A DNA stretch of 64,000 bases from Rhabdochlamydiaceae bacterium. GTDB taxonomy: Bacteria > Chlamydiota > Chlamydiia > Chlamydiales > Rhabdochlamydiaceae. The notes beneath the pieces are model-generated. The model did no database searches. It saw only the letters and a list, made by a program, of their open reading frames with translations, and was not told where the DNA came from. The position numbers were made by a program, and so were the translations under genes. The stretch lies in contig JAJREF010000003.1 of assembly GCA_047459655.1 (NCBI GenBank), positions 1-64,000 on the forward strand, read 5' to 3'. The first letter of the stretch is position 1; every line of letters begins with the position of its first letter. Positions 11,117-22,750 of the stretch are shown in pieces.

Positions 11117-14100
11117 TTGCAACAGTTTCTCTACCCCCTCACTATGTATGAGCAAAGCAAGGTCCTTGAGAACTTTGAAAGCTTGCTTAGAGCAGGAGGC
11201 TTTGTAGATAAGTATCATTCACCTTCCGAAACTCTTTTTTTACGACTCTCTTCGGAAGAGAAAGCCGCGGAAATTGATCAGCTCGCAGGCTTGTTTTTGA
11301 TTCTGTCTGATTTTGAGTGCGATAACATAAAGAAAATTTACAACTATTTGTTTTATTTATTTCCTTATTTTAAAGAGCAGGACATCGCTCGTTTTTTTAA
11401 TGAGAGCTTGACTCCAGGTGGCTCTTCTGCCCCTCCCTTCCAAAAATTGATCAACTATGCCCCAGCGTTAAAAGATCAACAAAGAGATCTCTCTTTGTTT
11501 TTAGCCCTTTGGCATAAAAGGCAAGCCGCTCTTGTCCCCATAGAGCAGCGGCTAATTTTTTACTCTGAAGCAATGCACTACTTTGCCACAGCTTCTAATA
11601 TAGCAAAGACACAAGGTGGTATTGCTCTTGTAGAAGAAATAACCCTAAGTGCTTCCAACATATTGATAAAAATAGCAGAAACTCATGCTGAATCCTTTGA
11701 AGAAAAACTGGAAAGAGCAGGCAGGGGTGGAAGACACGAAGACGTTGCTGAACTTTTTATGCATGTAGATAGCTTAAAAAGACTCTGCGTTCAAAAAAAA
11801 GATCAAGTTCTTCCCCAAAGATTTTATAATTGTTTTATTAGAGTAGCCACCGCATTTTCATCAACTTTACAAGAAAAATATGCTCAACATATAAGGTCTG
11901 CCCAAAGAGCTCTCGCAATTCCACATGAACTTTCTCCACAAACACCCCTAGAGAGGTATACTCAACAACTACAGACATACCGAGCCTCATTTAAGTGTTT
12001 TCTAACGGATAAACCACACGTGAGAGGATTCCAGAAGAGAGTAACCGAACAACTCTTTGCCTTTGTTCAAGATATCCTCGCAGACACTTTTGCCATTTTA
12101 GGTCCCCCTCCTTGCCACTATGATATCCGTGCAATGGGCTCTATTGCAAGAGAAGAGGCAACCCCATTTTCTGATCTTGAACTCATGATTCTCGTAGAAA
12201 AAGAGGAAGTAAGGCCCTATTTTAAGCAACTTGTAAAAATTCTTAACCTTCAAATTATCTCCCTAGGAGAAACTGCCAGCCCTAAGCTCACTTTCACCTG
12301 TCTTCACGCAAAAAACTCTTCAGGATTCCATATCGATTTTAATGTCAACCCCGATCAAGATCCAGATTTGATGGGAACACCTGAGCAGTTAAGCAAACAC
12401 CAAAAAAACCTTGCAGAGCCAGGAACAGCTGCACAAATGGTTCGCACATCCCTGTCTCTTCATAGAAATGAGCCCTTAGATTCCTTATTTCAACAATACC
12501 AGTCTGGTATGCGTGCTATCTTTGATGCTCCAGAAGAGAGACCCACTAGACACACGCTAGCCTTCCATATACTGAAAATAAGATTAGAAGACTACCATAA
12601 GACCTGGGTAGTGCCCACTATTCCCCCTATTTTCAATCTAAAAACACACTACATTCAACCCCTCCATCTTTCCCTTGCTGATATCGGTCTCTATTTTAAA
12701 ATAGAGGCCACCAATACCATAGACATTGTAGATGGCCTTTTCCAAGCCAAAATTTTTACCAAAGAAACAGCTGATCTTATCAAAGAGGCTCTATCGTTCA
12801 CCTACCAGATGAGAATCCGTACACATGATTTTTACGGAGAACAAAGGGATGATCTCTGCACAGATCCTAACGCTGCTATGAACTGCAGGATGCTCTCCCT
12901 AGAAGAAAAAGGACAGCTCGAAAAAATCTACTGGCTTGTTTTACGTCCCCTTTATCAATGTTTAGCTAAAGGTTTGTCTACAGAGACTTCTGCTCTTCCT
13001 CTTTTAGATCCTTCCCATGTTAGGATCTCAGACAGTACCCCTATTTATCCTCTTGATTTTCCTGATATTGTTTTTAAAGAGCTACTCTCTGTGACAACTG
13101 ATCATCAGTTTTTTTCGCCCATTATTCCTCATCTTGTAGCCTGTCTTTATGCGAGAGGAGACTTGATTGAGAAATTTGAAAAACTCTCGTCTCGTTTCGA
13201 ACTAGAAGAATTTAGACGTTTATTTTTTATTGAATCTCAAAAGTGTGCTGATCCAACCACGGTCATTATCTTAGCAAAGATTCCAAATCCTGCTGGATAC
13301 CGTTTTCAATGCGTTACAAATGTACAAAGAATGGATATTCTGCTTGATCCTTCTCATGGAATCATCTCTCGAACGATTACACGTGCCTCCATCACTGACT
13401 TATCTGGAAAGCAAAAATACTTAAGTGAAGCTTGCATCAAAAAACTTTTTGAGGCAGATGGGCATATTTGTCGTGAATATGTAAGTCGTCATCCAGTAGC
13501 TCATTTTAGAGGACTCCATTTTAAGGAAAAACCAACGCATCCTGGTATCGAATGGGCAATTTACGATTTGGCAATGAGAATAGGGGGCAAAGGAGTCCGT
13601 ATGGAGAATTGTTTGCTTTAGAAATCAGGAACACAGCGGGTAATGTCGAAAAATACCCTGTCCTGATTACGGAGACAATCGAAGGAGATACTTTAAGAGA
13701 AATACCCAATGCTGTTGATCGTCTTATCTCAAATGGGGTTGCTAATGATAGTTTGAGTTGGCTTTTGATTCTTTCCATTCTTACTAAGCCAGGTGATGGT
13801 AGGCACTCTAACTATTTAGTCAATTCTTCAGAGGATATTTTTTGCGTTGATAATGAAAATTCTTTTGTAGAGCCACTCTGTAGAGGTAAACTGTGGAATT
13901 CTCTCCAATTTTCTACTGTTCTTTTCGGAAAAGTGGTATTTCTATCTCAAACTGTGCTTCAAGCTTTTGCATCTTTAAATATTGATTTAATTCTTGATGA
14001 GTGGGTGAATGATTTAATTAAGAAAGAAGCCCAATTGCATGCTCTTTTTCCTCCAATACTTGAAGGTGGGAGGCCTTTGCGAGCTTCTTTTAAACCGGTA

Positions 14101-16128
14101 GATGTTCAGCGATTTTATGAACAGAATCCAGAAGATAGCTTCACATCTTCCATCTTATTGCGTGAAGGGACTGTGTTAGGCCTGCATCTTCAGTTCTGGC
14201 ACTTACAAAAATTTATCAAAGAAAAGTTGCAACAGGAAAAATCAATTTCTTCAGATGAGTTATTGCAAGAGATGATCAGTGTGCGCGATGGAGGCTGGAA
14301 AAATCGTATAGGTCCCGATGTTCATCGTCTCTACCACAAAGGACAAAAGCAGAAAGGTATGGCTCCTTCTCAGAGTTCTTCTCAAGCTCACAGAGCCGTT
14401 TTTGGAAAAGTTCCCTCTTTTGAGGAAATTGCAAAAAAGGAGTTGTTTTCTCCTGCAAAAGCAAAAGCGGAGCTTTTAGGATCGATTTTAGATGTATCTC
14501 ATGTTTTTGGAAAAGATACGAAACCTCATGATCGAATCGATATGGACTTTGCGGAAATGGATGCGACAAGAGCAAATCTTATAATCGATACGTTAATTTC
14601 TATTTTGACAGCAGCCACTCAGAAGCCAAAACATCTTGTTTTTCGCGGTGCTTCACATCTAACTTCAAAACAATTATCAAATTTTCTTCATCCAGGGCTT
14701 ATTTCTTTGCGCCTGACAGGGTCGGCTAATATTAGGGAGAAAGATCTTCTGAATGTTGCTAAGATCTGTGCGTCTCTTGAAGAACTTTATATTGAAGAAG
14801 TGCCTCTCACCAAATTGGGACCGATTGAATTTCCTCGGTTAGAGCATTGCTTGATTGCACGTATGCCTTTTCTTACATCCCTTTCTTTAAAGGCTCCTTG
14901 TCTTGTTAGGCTCGATATTTCTGAAAATCCTGGAATGCGTACTCTCAGGCTGGGGTGTGAAAGATTTCCATTGATTGAGTTAGAGTCTACTCCATTAACA
15001 GATTTTCCAAGCTTAGAGAGCGTTTCAAACCAGCTGTTCACTCATATGGAATTGCTCCTTACAAAAGGAAAACTCGAAGCACTTGCAAGTAGCCTTGGTT
15101 TATCTCTCCCTGTAGTTCCTCCTCCACCCAATCCTCATACATTGGAAGAGTTCGCTAATGCAAGGCATTTGTATAAAAAAATATTAAGTGTTTATGAAGA
15201 AGGTTCTCCATCTTTAAAAAAACAGATAGATATTGAGCTTCTTCTCAAGACGCTAGGCTATATCTTGCGCAAGCTGAATGATTATGATTTCGCACTTCAA
15301 GAATTGGTAGAAGCAAGGCTTTGTCAAACTGTAGCTGATCAGGCGATGCAGGATAGTTCAGCTAAAGAAGCAGAGCAAAGAATATTAGCAGAAGAGGTTT
15401 TTAATACTTGGAATCAGGAAGTTATTAAAAAATCAACAACGTTTGTAGAAAATGTCCGGGCAGCTTGGAAAGTTAGTTTAGGTGAGATTGACCCGCCCTA
15501 TCCTCCCTCCCGAGAGATTGATCAAATTTTGGATGCTCCTTGTTCTATGATAGAGGGAAAAACCATCAGAGAAACCCATAAATTGATTTGGGTCCCAAAA
15601 ACAGTCAACGGCCAGCCTCTTACTTTGCGTCTCCTTATTTCTCTAATGGAAGAACGTGATTATAGAAAGGGAAATCCTTATACGATTTGGGAAAAGTTAG
15701 GAGAGTTTCTCGATGAACCCATCTTAAATTCCTACTGGATGATCATGGCACCACATCCATTTCCTCGCTCACTTGGGCAAAACAGGGCTTTTTTTTCTCA
15801 ATGGGAGGCAACTGATCAGGGGAAAGTTTATAGACCTACGAAAATAATTGAAGCAGCTATTGCATTTGCAATGAGTCGTTACTATTACACCGATTGGGTT
15901 TTCTTTTTTAAATATGGAGTTGCCTGCCTTGAGGAATACAAGTATTCATTAGGATCGTTGGTAAAAGATTATCTGCATTATACTGTTGTACTAGGGCCTC
16001 CTAACGAACGTAATTTAATTAGAGGAGTTCCTTTTGAGGCAGGACAAAAGGATGTGGGTCTCTTAGGGGTCATTCGTCTTGATAAAATGGGTGGAGGGAT
16101 ATCAAAAATGTCTGACGTATCAGCATAG
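11117..16128 (+). CDS. Giant effector-like protein: DUF294-like nucleotidyltransferase, PI3/4K-like kinase, LRR, degenerate lectin-like C-terminus; frameshift near 13610
   Basis: MGSIAREEATPFSDLE (pol-beta NTase motif); HFKEKPTHP..E; KPGDGRHSNY..FCVDNE; LEELYI/LVRLDIS LRRs; APCSMIEGKTIRETHKL..YWMIM. Confidence 0.8.
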
Positions 16129-16194
16129 AATGAGTTGAATGTTTTTTTTATTAGTTATCAAAAAGCGTGTTATTAAATAAATAGGAGGTAAGAT

Positions 16195-16710
16195 ATGAGT
16201 GGTCAAAGTTGTTGTTATGCTGCTGGAGTAAGGTTGGCAAGTCCGGCGTGGGGAGGGGTTTTATGTGCAGGGGCAGTTGTTTATAATATTGCGTCTGCCG
16301 CTCTTCTGTGTGGATCGTGTTGCTATTGGAAAGGTTATGCAGATCATACAAGTGATAACAAATGCACCCCCAGGGGCCCAGGAATGGATACTTTGGATGA
16401 GTGCGCTTCTAGGATCTTGAGATGTAGTTCATTTGCTCCCAATATTGATTCTACTCTCTACTCGTCTCAAACGGTCAAAAAATTTGGGCAGGGTAATCCT
16501 GAACATTGGGTGGCTCACCACAGTGCCTGCTGTCTAACAGCTTCGTGCGTCGGTTGTTGTGCGATTAGTTGTGGCATTTTTTCTGTTCCTTGTGCTTGTT
16601 GTGGGGAAGATGATATTTGTGTCCAGACTTTTGAAAAACTAATGATTGGAAAAGATGGATTAGTTAGTGAGGGTGACTCTTTGGTCACATCTCAACCTAG
16701 GAGAACTTAG
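16195..16710 (+). CDS. Cysteine-rich hydrophobic hypothetical protein
   Basis: 171 aa, 19 Cys including several CC pairs, strong RBS aggaggt. Confidence 0.75.
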   Translation: MSGQSCCYAAGVRLASPAWGGVLCAGAVVYNIASAALLCGSCCYWKGYADHTSDNKCTPRGPGMDTLDECASRILRCSSFAPNIDSTLYSSQTVKKFGQGNPEHWVAHHSACCLTASCVGCCAISCGIFSVPCACCGEDDICVQTFEKLMIGKDGLVSEGDSLVTSQPRRT

Positions 16711-16876
16711 AGCATGTAGTCTCATTAGTATCACTATTCCATATATGAACTGGGCCTCTTTAGGGAAAAGTACCACAAAAGGGGCTCTTTTTCAAAAAAT
16801 CACGAGCCAACTTTGCACTCACCTTACGGAGAATGGAAGGCACATGGACTATTTCAAAGCGTTGAAGATCGAATTG

Positions 16877-16960
16877 TGAGACCTCTTTAAAACGCTCAAA
16901 TCACTACAATCGGTTTTTTTCGCAGATTTTATTTTTTGCAAATAGTATTAGTGGCTGTAA
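16877..16960. repeat. Partial AGACCTCT-family MITE
   Basis: tgagacctctt..aaatcact..gcagat..ttatttt resembles left arm of 7970-8133; no right arm seen. Confidence 0.45.
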
Positions 16961-16978
16961 AACAATGAAATGAACAAT

Positions 16979-17491
16979 TTATGTGGAGGTCCCGGAATGC
17001 TCCTCATTCTCTAATTTTGAGTTTCGAGGGTTTTTTAATGGATCTAGTAAGAAAAAAATAATGGAGGCACCTAAAACATTAAACAATGATAGGGGAGCGT
17101 GGAATCCATAGAAAAAAGAGTGGGGATCCTCTAACAGTTTGAGGATTGCTGAGCTTTCTTTTTGTGAAAAATAAGCTAAGTGCCCTTTGAATCCAAGTTT
17201 AATGGATGTGAGTGTAAGGGAGGCAATAAAAAGCACAACAAGCAATATTTTGCATGTAATAATATATGAAACTTTGAAAAGACTCCGTGCTCCCAAAAAA
17301 CCATTGAGTGCAATCAGAATCAGAAGGTATCTCTGCGTGAGGCATAAGGGGCAGGGGCGGAGATGAAGAAACATTTCAGTTCCAAAAGAGACAAGGAGAG
17401 AGACTAGGGAAAAAACCAGTAAGTAAACGAGGGGCGATTGCAGGCCTGTCTTCATTTTAATTTTGTGTAGCGATGACTTCAATAGTGGCAC
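16979..17491 (-). CDS. DsbB-like disulfide bond formation membrane protein
   Basis: LRPCPLCLTQRY motif after first TM helix; four hydrophobic segments. Confidence 0.75.
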   Translation of the reverse strand: MPLLKSSLHKIKMKTGLQSPLVYLLVFSLVSLLVSFGTEMFLHLRPCPLCLTQRYLLILIALNGFLGARSLFKVSYIITCKILLVVLFIASLTLTSIKLGFKGHLAYFSQKESSAILKLLEDPHSFFYGFHAPLSLFNVLGASIIFFLLDPLKNPRNSKLENEEHSGTST

Positions 17492-17918
17492 TATATTCCT
17501 TCAATAATTCTTCTAACTCTTCTTTTTTCCCATAGCCATACCACTCCTTGCGGAAAGAGTTCCGCCTGAACTGTCTTTCTTTTAAAAGCATTTTTGCTTC
17601 AAGAGATTCCTCCTTAAAAGAAACAGCAAGTTGTTGAGGATAGTGATCTTTGTCCACTTCAAGGGCTTTTGTTCCATCTTTATCCCACTTGTTCAAAGTA
17701 GAGGGGTTCTTCGAGCGTTCTTTGACTTCTAAGAAAGCTCCAAAAAGAATGTTTTCGTGAATCTCTCCTATTCCTGCTTTTAATGCTAGCTCCCCAATCC
17801 GGATCAGCTGTCTTGTTCTGATTTTTCTTTCTTTTTCTCTCAGCAGTTTTTCTCTTTTTTCTAGGACAGCCTTTTTTAGAGCTAGTTTTTCTTTTTCAAT
17901 AATCTGTTGTGTTTTCAT
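17457..17918 (-). CDS. traD: Ti-type conjugal transfer TraD-like protein
   Basis: ERKIRTRQLIRIGELALKAGI..LFGAFL motif; divergent from relaxase. Confidence 0.75.
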   Translation of the reverse strand: MKTQQIIEKEKLALKKAVLEKREKLLREKERKIRTRQLIRIGELALKAGIGEIHENILFGAFLEVKERSKNPSTLNKWDKDGTKALEVDKDHYPQQLAVSFKEESLEAKMLLKERQFRRNSFRKEWYGYGKKEELEELLKEYSATIEVIATQN

Positions 17919-18050
17919 AACCAGTTTTATTCTTCCTGGGCGGATACAGACCTGTTCTACTACAGTCCAAGCCTACAGGCGTGTGTTTAGCTGTCCGATC
18001 TTCTTGCTAAAGCAAACTTAGCTAGCATGAAAATCTAGATTAGTGGACAT

Positions 18051-18068
18051 TGTATGATATATCAGACA
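18051..18068. promoter_or_regulatory. Candidate operator palindrome
   Basis: tgtatgatatatcagaca, 18-bp palindrome with one mismatch, upstream of traD and next to an HTH gene. Confidence 0.45.
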
Positions 18069-18086
18069 TTTTTAGAAAGAAAAATA

Positions 18087-18671
18087 TTAAGTCTCTTGCG
18101 TGGCATTGAGCATAACACTCACACACTGCATAAAAACCAGAAGAGTAGGATTTTTCTTCCCGCTTAACATATCGTAAACGGTTGCTCTAGAGATCCCCAC
18201 ATGCTTAGCAAAAACAGTTTTGTTTTTTGATTTTAGATAAGTATGGATGACATCGATCATAGGATGGATCTGATTTCGTTTAAAAATTTCGACAACAGCA
18301 TCTAGGATCAGTTGTTTATCCTTTACAATTTTTTCGGAAGGAAGAGAGTCCTTTGATTTTTTTGGTTTTGTGGAATGAGTAGTTTTTTGCTCAGCTAAAT
18401 CGAGCAAGACTTGGTGGACGCAGTTTACAAAAATCCGTAATGTAGGGTTCTTCTTGCCATTTAACATATCATAAAGAGTGGCTCTGGAGATGCCTATTTT
18501 TTTGGAAAAAGCGCTTTTGTTTGTCGATTGCAAGTGTGTTCCAATCACTTTCATGATGGGATGAATTTTGTGATTTTTAAAAATCTCTAAAATAGCATCA
18601 AGCACATGGTTATTATCTGGATCAAATGCGATGTCTCTATTTTCGTTTGTCGGTTGTGGTTTCGTTTTCAA
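18087..18671 (-). CDS. Tandem XRE-type HTH DNA-binding protein (antitoxin-like)
   Basis: Two repeats of NK..F.K..GISRAT.YDML.GKKNPTL. Confidence 0.85.
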   Translation of the reverse strand: MKTKPQPTNENRDIAFDPDNNHVLDAILEIFKNHKIHPIMKVIGTHLQSTNKSAFSKKIGISRATLYDMLNGKKNPTLRIFVNCVHQVLLDLAEQKTTHSTKPKKSKDSLPSEKIVKDKQLILDAVVEIFKRNQIHPMIDVIHTYLKSKNKTVFAKHVGISRATVYDMLSGKKNPTLLVFMQCVSVMLNATQET

Positions 18672-18961
18672 TTCGAATGCCTTTGTAGGTTAAGAAGTGT
18701 TGTGTGTTTTAAGTGTCAGTTCTCTAGGCCTCATATTTTTGTGACTTAGGCGATCTTATCAAGACGGGATATTTTTTTGAAGAAGATCCTCCAAAAATCT
18801 CTATTTTTAAACAGCTCATTTCAAAAGCAAGCATTTAAAAATTGATACACTAGCTTACAAATTTCTTGAAAAAAAATTAAATATTACGCAATATGCAAAG
18901 ACAATTTTAAGCAATCAGTTTTTTAACTTTAAAAAAATCGATAAAATATTGAAAAATCACA

Positions 18962-19837
18962 ATGGCCATTGGTTTTGCAAGGATAGAGTTTGTGAAGAGG
19001 TCCGCTGGGAAGAATGCCTGTGCAAAATCAGCCTACAATCTACGTGGCGCCATTCAGTTTGAAGGCAATTGTATCTACGGCCCCAAATTATATGACTGGT
19101 CATCCAAAGAGCCTCCCGCATTTCATGAAGTTCTACTTCCTGAAGGTGCCTGCCAAAAATTCAAAGATCCAGAAACATTGTGGAATGTTGCTGAACAAAA
19201 AGAAAAAAGATACAACTCACAAGTAGCTATCGAACTGCTGCTTGCACTCCCTGATGACCAGGAAATTTCTTTAGATGATCGTATTTGGCTTGCAAGGGAT
19301 TTTGTCCAAACCCATTTTGTGAGTAAAGGTCTTCTTGCGCAAATCGATATTCATACTCCTGAAAAAGAAGAGCATAACTGGCACGCCCATGTGCTCATCA
19401 CAACACGCAGATGTAAGAAAAATGGGGTCGAACTAGAAGACCATAAAGCAAGAGATCTCATGCCTAAGGTTTGTTTCGGTAAAGTAGTAGAAGGTCCCGA
19501 TTGGGGCTATTTCTGGACTCTGGGACAAAACGCTTTTTTTAAGGCAAAAGGACTCTCTTTAATCGTTGATAAAAATGGCGTTGTTCCCCAAGAGCATTTA
19601 GGCCCTGTACGTATGAGAGGGCAAGCTTTTGCGATCGTGTGTGAACACGCAAGGTTATTAGAAGAAAACAGAAAACAGTCGCAAGATCCTGTCCATATTC
19701 TGTCCACCTTGATGAAAAAAGAAAAAACCTTCACTTCTAGAGATGTAGAAGCCTTTCTTCAGAAACATGTGCCTTTTGGTTTACACGACAACCTCAGGCG
19801 GGTATTATATGAGCCGTTAGGGTCTGTCCAAAGATAA
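18962..19837 (+). pseudogene. traA: MobA/MobL-family relaxase (Ti TraA-like), truncated; no helicase domain
   Basis: MAIGFARIEFVKRSAGKNACAKSAY, LWNVAE, LALP, NWHAHVLITTR, QEHLGP; ends in a MITE. Confidence 0.85.
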
Positions 19838-19913
19838 GTTGGGCATCTAGACTGTGTCAAACCCCGGGATCTTTCACACGGTCTAGCCGTCCAAATTATC
19901 TTTGGACAGACCC
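19820..19913. repeat. 94-bp palindromic MITE (GGGTCTGTCC family)
   Basis: gggtctgtccaaagataa..ttatctttggacagaccc flanked by TTA; inverted copy at 60498-60591. Confidence 0.9.
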
Positions 19914-21164
19914 TTAGTGAATCGAAGCGTAAGCTGCTCGAGTCCCTAGATCTTGTTCAATTTCAAGAAGGCGGTTGTATTTTGCTACTCGTTCGCTCCG
20001 AGAGAGGGATCCTGTTTTTATTTGACCGCACCCCGTTCCTACCGCCAAATCAGCAATCAGAGTGTCTTCTGTCTCACCAGACCGATGAGATATGATGGTG
20101 TTGTAGCCTGATTCTTTCGCTAATTGAATTGTTTGCAGGGTCTCTGTCAAGGTTCCAATCTGGTTTAACTTGATCAAAATAGCATTTCCAATCTCTTCTT
20201 TGATGCCTCTTTTTAGAAAGAGGGGGTTTGTAACAAAGATATCATCGCCTACGATTTGAATGTTTTTTAGCGAAGCTGTCAGTGCTTGCCATCCCTCCCA
20301 ATCATTTTGATCTAAGGGATCTTCGATAGAATCAATCGGATAAGTCTTGCATAGTTTTTGGATATATTCGATCTGCTCTTGTGAAGATTTGCTCCGGTAT
20401 TTTTTTGTGGCAGGGTCATAAAATTCAGAGGCTGCGCAATCGAGGGCAAGAGAGATCTCTGTGCCTGCTTTATACCCCGCTTGCTCAATTGCATGTAAAA
20501 TAAGGTCTAGCGCTTCTTCATGGGATCGCAGCGGAGGTGCAAAGCCTCCTTCATCTCCAACAGCTGTGCTGTATCCTTGCTTTTTGAGAAGTGCTTTTAA
20601 GGTGTGAAAGACTTCAGCTCCTAAACGGACAGCTTCGTGGAATGAAAGCGCGCCTCGGGGGCAGATCATGAACTCCTGAAAGTCAAGACCGTTATTTCCA
20701 TGTACACCACCGTTGATGATATTGATCATAGGGCAAGGAAGAAGATGGGCCTCTTTACCTCCTAAGTATTGATAGAGTGGCTCGCGAGAGGATAGCGCTG
20801 CTGCTTTTGCACAGGCAAGAGAAACTCCCAGTATTGCGTTAGCCCCATATTTAGATTTATTTTCTGTCCCATCTGCTTCAATCAGAGATTGATCTAAGAG
20901 TACCTGCTCGTGTACATTTTTTTTCAGTACGCATTTGGCTAAAGGTCCCTCTACATTCGCAATCGCCTGTTTCACGCCTTTCCCAAAGTAGCGTGTCTTA
21001 TCACCATCGCGCATTTCAAGAGCTTCATGCTCTCCTTTAGACGCACCTGATGGAATAGCCGCTTTACCGATTGATCCATCATCTGTTATTACAAAAACTT
21101 CTAGCGTAGGTGTGCCTCGCGAATCCAAAATTTCGAGCGCGCGCACAGATGTAATTAGGCTCAT
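19914..21164 (-). CDS. eno: Enolase
   Basis: [49 protein letters not shown]. Confidence 0.98.
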   Translation of the reverse strand: MSLITSVRALEILDSRGTPTLEVFVITDDGSIGKAAIPSGASKGEHEALEMRDGDKTRYFGKGVKQAIANVEGPLAKCVLKKNVHEQVLLDQSLIEADGTENKSKYGANAILGVSLACAKAAALSSREPLYQYLGGKEAHLLPCPMINIINGGVHGNNGLDFQEFMICPRGALSFHEAVRLGAEVFHTLKALLKKQGYSTAVGDEGGFAPPLRSHEEALDLILHAIEQAGYKAGTEISLALDCAASEFYDPATKKYRSKSSQEQIEYIQKLCKTYPIDSIEDPLDQNDWEGWQALTASLKNIQIVGDDIFVTNPLFLKRGIKEEIGNAILIKLNQIGTLTETLQTIQLAKESGYNTIISHRSGETEDTLIADLAVGTGCGQIKTGSLSRSERVAKYNRLLEIEQDLGTRAAYASIH

Positions 21165-21166
21165 GT

Positions 21167-21925
21167 TTATCCTTGTATTAATTCGTACATTAAAATCGCG
21201 CCGGCACTTGCTACATTGAGCGATTCTACATCTTTTTTCATTGGAATAGAGATCGCAGAGCCGTGTTGTTTAGCCCAAGCAGAAGGACCCAAAGACTCAT
21301 TGCCTAAAATCAAAGCAAGAGGGTGTTTTACTTTGAGATTTGGTAAAGAGGTTCCTTTGAGATCGGCGACATAAGCTGTTATCTGATTTTCTTTGAGCAG
21401 CTCTTCGAGTTCTTCATATGACCCCTCCTGGAGGGGCAAAAAGAAGCAGGCGCCTTTGGATGCTCGGATCGCTTTGTCATTGAAGGGGTCTGCTGAGTGG
21501 GGGGTTAAAAAGGCCCCTTCCCATCCTAGAGCGAGTGCTGTTCGCAAAAGGGTGCCCAGATTTCCTGGATCAGAAATTCTATCGAGCACCAAAATATTTT
21601 TTTACCTTTTAGTAGGCCCGGTTTCAGGGAGGGCAACTTCTGCTGCGATCCCTTCTGGCTGAGCCAAAGAGGTAATCTTTTTAAGAATTTCAGGTGTCGC
21701 AAGGAATGTATTTTCTGCACTAATCCCTGGAAAATCGTGGTCGATGATCAAGGTTTTTATGGGAAATTGACAAGAAACTTCTTTAACAAGATGCTTGCCT
21801 ACGATTACAACGCTTTTTTCTTCTATGCGAAATGATTTATCCTGGCGAAGTTTGACAAATCGTTTTACAATAGGGTGCTGAGCACTCGTAATTTTTATAG
21901 GTGGCATGAGGCTATGATGGCACAA
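21167..21925 (-). CDS. TrmH/SpoU RNA methyltransferase, frameshift near 21600
   Basis: ITSAQHP..K N-terminus; [27 protein letters not shown]. Confidence 0.9.
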
Positions 21926-22705
21926 TTTACATTCAAGAGCAAGATTCTCTCTGGTCTAATCGCTGTTTTACTTTCTGGGACCTTTGTCTTTTGGAATATA
22001 AGCCATGCTGCAAAAAAGTTCTCTCCTTCGAAAGTTTCTACTTTTGTTCCTAACCATCCTGAATGGGATGTGCCTTTCACATCAGATGAGCAAGAGACCC
22101 TCCATCGTATTTTGAATCAACGCTTTTCTTACCTAGGGGTCGGTGCTCAGACATTTGCTTTTGCTTCTCAAGATGGAAAATATGTGATCAAGTTTTTCAA
22201 AGATCCTTCTATTGCCAGCACTGAGAAACGGCAAAAAAGAATGGATAAGCTGATTATTGCTCTAGACTCTTACTATATGGCTTACAAAGAGCTTCCAGAA
22301 GATACAGGGCTTTTATTTATTCATCTTACTCCCACCTCCCACCTCCAAAAGACAGTCATGGTTTCTGATCGCTCAGGGAAAGCACATCTGATTGATTTAG
22401 ATAAAGCACCTTTCATCATCCAAGAAAAAGCGGAACTCATTTTTGACAGGTTCAAGCGTCTTGTTCTTCGCAGAGACGCAAAAGCTTTAAAACAATCTGT
22501 TGTATCTGTTCTAGCCCTTGTCGAAAGGCGTATTCAAAAAGGGTTTACCGACGATGACAAAGCTGTTACTCATAATTACGGTTTTGTTGGCGATCGTCCC
22601 ATTCACTTTGACATCGGCAGGATGCACAAAGGAAAGCGGGAAGGCGAATATGAACATATTGTCAATAGGATAGACTCTTGGCTTCTCCAAGACGCAGAGA
22701 AATAG
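21875..22705 (+). CDS. Membrane-anchored kinase-like hypothetical protein (likely start ~21913)
   Basis: N-terminal TM; YLGVGAQ..YVIKFFK; DDDKAVTHNYG..HFDIG. Confidence 0.65.
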   Translation: MLSTRNFYRWHEAMMAQFTFKSKILSGLIAVLLSGTFVFWNISHAAKKFSPSKVSTFVPNHPEWDVPFTSDEQETLHRILNQRFSYLGVGAQTFAFASQDGKYVIKFFKDPSIASTEKRQKRMDKLIIALDSYYMAYKELPEDTGLLFIHLTPTSHLQKTVMVSDRSGKAHLIDLDKAPFIIQEKAELIFDRFKRLVLRRDAKALKQSVVSVLALVERRIQKGFTDDDKAVTHNYGFVGDRPIHFDIGRMHKGKREGEYEHIVNRIDSWLLQDAEK

Positions 22706-22738
22706 ATCTCTTCCAATCTTTGAATCTTGGAAGAGATC
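22705..22738. terminator. Hairpin between convergent genes
   Basis: gatctcttccaa / ttggaagagatc 12-bp stem. Confidence 0.6.
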
Positions 22739-22750
22739 AAATGTTTAGAT

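Noticed and set aside
18672..18961. oriT/nic site upstream of traA
   Set aside because: No MOBQ-type AAGTGCGCCCT motif found; only AT-rich sequence
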